DNA of 59,120 nucleotides, taken from positions 1-59,120 of IMG/VR virus record IMGVR_UViG_3300023180_000059. The stretch is one strand, 5' to 3'. The notes under the pieces are model-generated. The model saw nothing but the letters and a program-made list of their open reading frames with translations, was not told where the DNA came from and made no database searches. Both the position numbers and the translations under genes were made by a program. Origin of the DNA: a virus. Its lineage: Duplodnaviria; Caudoviricetes. Below are positions 55,819 through 59,120 of this stretch, one piece after another. The first letter of the stretch is position 1; each line of letters begins with the position of its first letter.

Positions 55819-58056
55819 TTGAATATTGTCTTCCATGTTGGATACTCCAAAAGTGATTGGAGTCCAAAATCAATCGATCTTACAGGCCTTGGCGGAACAG
55901 AGCAGTGCGTTATGTACCTCGCCCAAGAACTATCTTTCCTACATAATGTATATGTAGTTGGTGATGTAGAAAATGGTAACTACGGATCAGTAGAGTACAT
56001 AAACATGAACCACGACATGTATAACGATGTCAAGGCTATGGACATAGATGTGCTGATCGGAGTTAGTTATGTAAACTTCCTTGTTGAATTTGAAGGTTGT
56101 CGAGTAAATAAATATGTTTACTGGGCGCACAATACCGACCCCTTTTGGTGGTGGAAGGGAGAAGAACTGCCCAAGTCTATACTAAATCGTATAGATGGTT
56201 TTGTGTTCCTAACGAACTGGCATCATGATGACTTTTGCTCTAGATATGAGATTCGTCCCGATCAAAGTAAATACATTATTGGTAACGGCGTGAGGACTAA
56301 AAACTTCTACCCATCGGATAATAAAGAAGATGCTTTTATATATACCTCACATGCCGAGCGTGGTCTTAAGACTGTGTTAGAAGATGGGTTTGTGGATTCT
56401 ACAGGCTACCCACTTCGAGTGGCTACACCGCAATATGGATCAGAGTATCTAGAGAAAAACTTTGACCGAAAGCAATTCGAATATCTAGGAAGTCTGCCTC
56501 AATCGGATTTGTACTATGAAATGTCAAAAGCTCGTTATTGGTACTACCCTACACATTACAACGAGACATATTGTATAACGGCTCTAGAGATGCTAGGGCA
56601 TGGCGTTATCCCTATTGTAGATAATCCAATAGCAGGTCTTAAAGAAACCCTACAATCCTTTTACATAACTCGTGATGAATATCAAGCGGGTTCGTATTGG
56701 TGGAATACCGAAGAGGTAAACAAATATGTTTCTTCGAGAGATTGGTCTATAGTAAAAGACGAATGGAACGAGGTATTAGAATACACAATACCAAAGGTTA
56801 AGTCATATATCATTAGTCTTAATTATCTACCAAACTTCACTGATAAAGCAAATGAGATTGTAGACTGTGATGCCTCGTTGTATAGAGGTGTAGACAACAA
56901 AGAAAAAAAGCCATCTTTCGAATACAAACTATTTGATTGGAAGATCGATAGCGAAAACACATGGTATAATAGACCACTCAAGCAAGGAGAGGTGGGCTGT
57001 ATGTTGTCACATATATCTGTGTTAAAAGAAGCCTATGATTACGGCGAGGATTATGTCTTGATTTTAGAGGAGGACTTCAAGCCTATAAAACCACTACAAC
57101 TAGAACAACTGCCCAATTATCCTTGGGATATTTTGTTCCTAGGAAGAAACCCTATAACGGATGACCAAGAGGTTGTCAATGAGCAGTTTGTTGTTCCTGG
57201 ATATTCATACAACGCCCATGCAATATTGTATCGTAGATCGGGAATCGAAAAGATACTTCAAGGGAAACCCGAAAACTATATTATGCCGTGGGACGAATAT
57301 CTAGCAGCAACATATTCTGATCACCCAAGAAAAGACCTCAACTTTATTTGGAAGGACATAAAGGCTCTTTCCTACAAGGAAGAAATTGTTGGACAAACAA
57401 GTAGTGTTATCACATCACAAACGGAAAACACCCCATTTGTCATAGAGTCTAAAGACTATCTTTTAGATGGTAGTGATTGGGAAGCGTGGAAACAAAGATG
57501 GCTTTCCTATGAGGCTCTAACAAAAGAATGGGACTTGATAGTAGACGAACCTATCATGAATGTATTTACATTTCCTTTATTTAACGAAGACTTTTGTAAG
57601 CGTGTAATAGAGTATGCGAATGAGATGGATGAGTGGGAAACGGATCGTCATGACTACTATCCTACTATTGATGTATTACTTGAAAAGATAGGGCTTAACG
57701 AACTGTATGCCAGGGTTTTAAAAGAGTATGCAGACGAGTGTGCTATACACATGTGGGGGCTTGAAGGTAAGAATTGGAGAAACCTTGAGAGCGAAAACTT
57801 CATGATTAAGTACACCGAAGAAAAGCAAGGACACTTAAGCCTCCACCACGACTATTCTGATCTCTCGTATGTGTTAGCGTTAAACGAAGAATACACTGGT
57901 GGGGGTACATATTTTGTACGGCAAAAGGCATTACACAAAGGATTTACGGGACACATATCTTTACATCCTGGTGCTATAAGCCATAAGCATGGAGGACGAC
58001 CCGTTCATAAGGGTGAGCGATATATCATAGTATCGTTTTGTAGATTTCCTCGATAA
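55819..58056 (+). CDS. Trifunctional GT-B glycosyltransferase, GT25 (COLGALT-like) and PLOD-like 2OG-Fe(II) lysyl hydroxylase
   Basis: GLGGTE...ETYCITALE (GT4-like); RPLKQGEVGCMLSH...LEEDF...WDILFLGR...PWDEYL (GT25); FPLF...PTID...HHD...GGGT.F...HPG..SH.H...G.RYIIVSF (PLOD C-terminal domain); TTG start. Confidence 0.85.
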   Translation: MNIVFHVGYSKSDWSPKSIDLTGLGGTEQCVMYLAQELSFLHNVYVVGDVENGNYGSVEYINMNHDMYNDVKAMDIDVLIGVSYVNFLVEFEGCRVNKYVYWAHNTDPFWWWKGEELPKSILNRIDGFVFLTNWHHDDFCSRYEIRPDQSKYIIGNGVRTKNFYPSDNKEDAFIYTSHAERGLKTVLEDGFVDSTGYPLRVATPQYGSEYLEKNFDRKQFEYLGSLPQSDLYYEMSKARYWYYPTHYNETYCITALEMLGHGVIPIVDNPIAGLKETLQSFYITRDEYQAGSYWWNTEEVNKYVSSRDWSIVKDEWNEVLEYTIPKVKSYIISLNYLPNFTDKANEIVDCDASLYRGVDNKEKKPSFEYKLFDWKIDSENTWYNRPLKQGEVGCMLSHISVLKEAYDYGEDYVLILEEDFKPIKPLQLEQLPNYPWDILFLGRNPITDDQEVVNEQFVVPGYSYNAHAILYRRSGIEKILQGKPENYIMPWDEYLAATYSDHPRKDLNFIWKDIKALSYKEEIVGQTSSVITSQTENTPFVIESKDYLLDGSDWEAWKQRWLSYEALTKEWDLIVDEPIMNVFTFPLFNEDFCKRVIEYANEMDEWETDRHDYYPTIDVLLEKIGLNELYARVLKEYADECAIHMWGLEGKNWRNLESENFMIKYTEEKQGHLSLHHDYSDLSYVLALNEEYTGGGTYFVRQKALHKGFTGHISLHPGAISHKHGGRPVHKGERYIIVSFCRFPR

Positions 58057-58086
58057 GATTATATTTGAAACTATAAATAGAATACA

Positions 58087-58335
58087 ATGGCTACCAAGAA
58101 GATTACAAAGTCTTTGCTCGAAAACGCTCAAAAGACCATTCAAGAAAAGACAAGTGTAGAAGGAGAGATTAAAAATCTAGCGATTACTCTTTCTCGCATT
58201 CAATACAGCATGAATGAAAAAGTAAAAACACTTGATAAAGTTCAAGAGAAACTCGTATCTTTGGAAGAGAAGATCAAAGACAAGTACGGAGACATAAAAT
58301 TCAACATCAACACTGGAGAAATCGTTGATGAATAA
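58087..58335 (+). CDS. Small coiled-coil protein
   Basis: Ends KYGDIKFNINTGEI; TATATTTG promoter at 58060. Confidence 0.7.
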   Translation: MATKKITKSLLENAQKTIQEKTSVEGEIKNLAITLSRIQYSMNEKVKTLDKVQEKLVSLEEKIKDKYGDIKFNINTGEIVDE

Positions 58336-58372
58336 AAGCATTCTCATGACAATGAGGATTTAGTTGGTTAGT

Positions 58373-58404
58373 GAGGGGTCGCATTTTGTGACCCCTTTCT
58401 TTTT
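58373..58404 (+). terminator. Rho-independent terminator
   Basis: aggggtcgc-attt-tgtgacccct plus T tract. Confidence 0.75.
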
Positions 58405-58415
58405 ATCTTTGTGGA

Positions 58416-58988
58416 ATGGACAGTAAGTTGAGAGAAAGAATCAAGAGACTCCTAAAAAAGCATGGTCTTAAAGGGGTAAACAAACCAAAACGCACACCAA
58501 ACCACCCCACAAAGAAGGGTATGGTGTTGGCTAAAGAAGGCAATAAGGTTCGTATCATACGATTCGGTGATCAGAAGATGGGGCATAATTACTCCGCTGC
58601 CGCTCGTAAATCTTTCAAAGCTCGTCACGGAAAAAACATCAAGAAAGGCAAAATGAGTGCTGCCTATTGGGCAGATAAATTCTTTTGGGCTGGATCAGGA
58701 GGAAGCAAGAAGTCTCCTCCAAAATCACAAAAGGTTAAGAAGTATGAGGACGGCGGTGCTGTGCCTCCTCCAGGACAAGAACTAACCTACCAAGAACTGC
58801 TCGAATTTGTAGTGAAAAAGAAGGGCGGTACTACGGAGCAGTTGGAAGATATGATGAATAGAATCATCTATCACGAGAGTGGTGGCGACCCCACCAAGAA
58901 ACAAACCGGAGGCGGACCGGGTCGAGGTGCTTTCCAATTTGAATCTCAAGAGGGCGCAGGTGGTATCACCGCAGTAAATAGAGCGTAC
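58416..58988 (+). CDS. N-terminal part of the origin-spanning protein: basic DUF6321-like domain, KYEDGG and lysozyme-like domain
   Basis: IIRFGDQKMG...RKSFKARH...SAAYWA; IIYHESGG...GRGAFQFE; missed by the ORF track because there is no stop before the window end. Confidence 0.75.
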
Positions 58989-59114
58989 AATATTACCGAG
59001 GGAATAGAGACTACATTCCCTGAACTATCCGATTACGACACCCCTTCATGGGTGAAAGAATCCTACCCACAAAAATCTTTTGATGCTAGTACAATAGACC
59101 TTGAGAAGCAAAAG
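58989..59114. repeat. Terminal overlap identical to 1-126
   Basis: Direct comparison of both ends. Confidence 0.95.
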
Positions 59115-59120
59115 ATTTTT

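Noticed and set aside
58989-59120. Terminal repeat as a biological direct terminal repeat
   Set aside because: The 126-bp overlap falls mid-gene and is the size expected for an assembler k-mer overlap; the last 6 nt look like end noise
1-59120. Stop-codon recoding, tRNAs, integrase, DNA or RNA polymerase
   Set aside because: The standard code gives dense, tightly coupled ORFs using all three stops; no cloverleaf or polymerase/integrase motifs were recognised by eye

Overview
Essentially complete, circularly assembled genome (~58,988 bp; nt 1-126 recur at 58989-59114) of a lytic, podovirus-type tailed phage. The host is inferred to be Bacteroidetes/Flavobacteriia: at least 13 TAnnTTTG -7 promoters precede genes, Shine-Dalgarno motifs are scarce, and signal peptides follow the Q-rule. 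The + strand late arm runs from 41044 through the origin to 27199: GroES-like protein, terminase (split by a -1 frameshift), portal, tail fibres, a Lys-rich collagen fibre, a LamG adhesin, a GT-B/GT25/lysyl-hydroxylase fusion, scaffold, major capsid, tail proteins, a 3284-aa polyvalent protein, holin and endolysin. The - strand early/replication arm (27196-41002) has a primase-helicase, nucleases, a recombination module, a C5 methyltransferase with a nested alternative-frame subunit and a PAPS-reductase-like gene. No DNA or RNA polymerase, integrase, tRNA or CRISPR was recognised. Most notable: (1) an apparent one-polypeptide animal-type collagen glycosylation pathway (PLOD-like + COLGALT-like + GT-B) next to a Gly-X-Lys collagen fibre; (2) a micro-gene cassette array joined by a 24-nt repeat and interleaved with short palindromes; (3) strong genome-wide enrichment of the 7-mers GAGCAGT and GGATCAG; (4) boxB/boxA-like and conserved hairpin leaders on early genes; (5) a free-standing peptide resembling the redox C-tail of ribonucleotide reductase. 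Family assignments come from motif recognition by eye, not database searches, and counts are manual.
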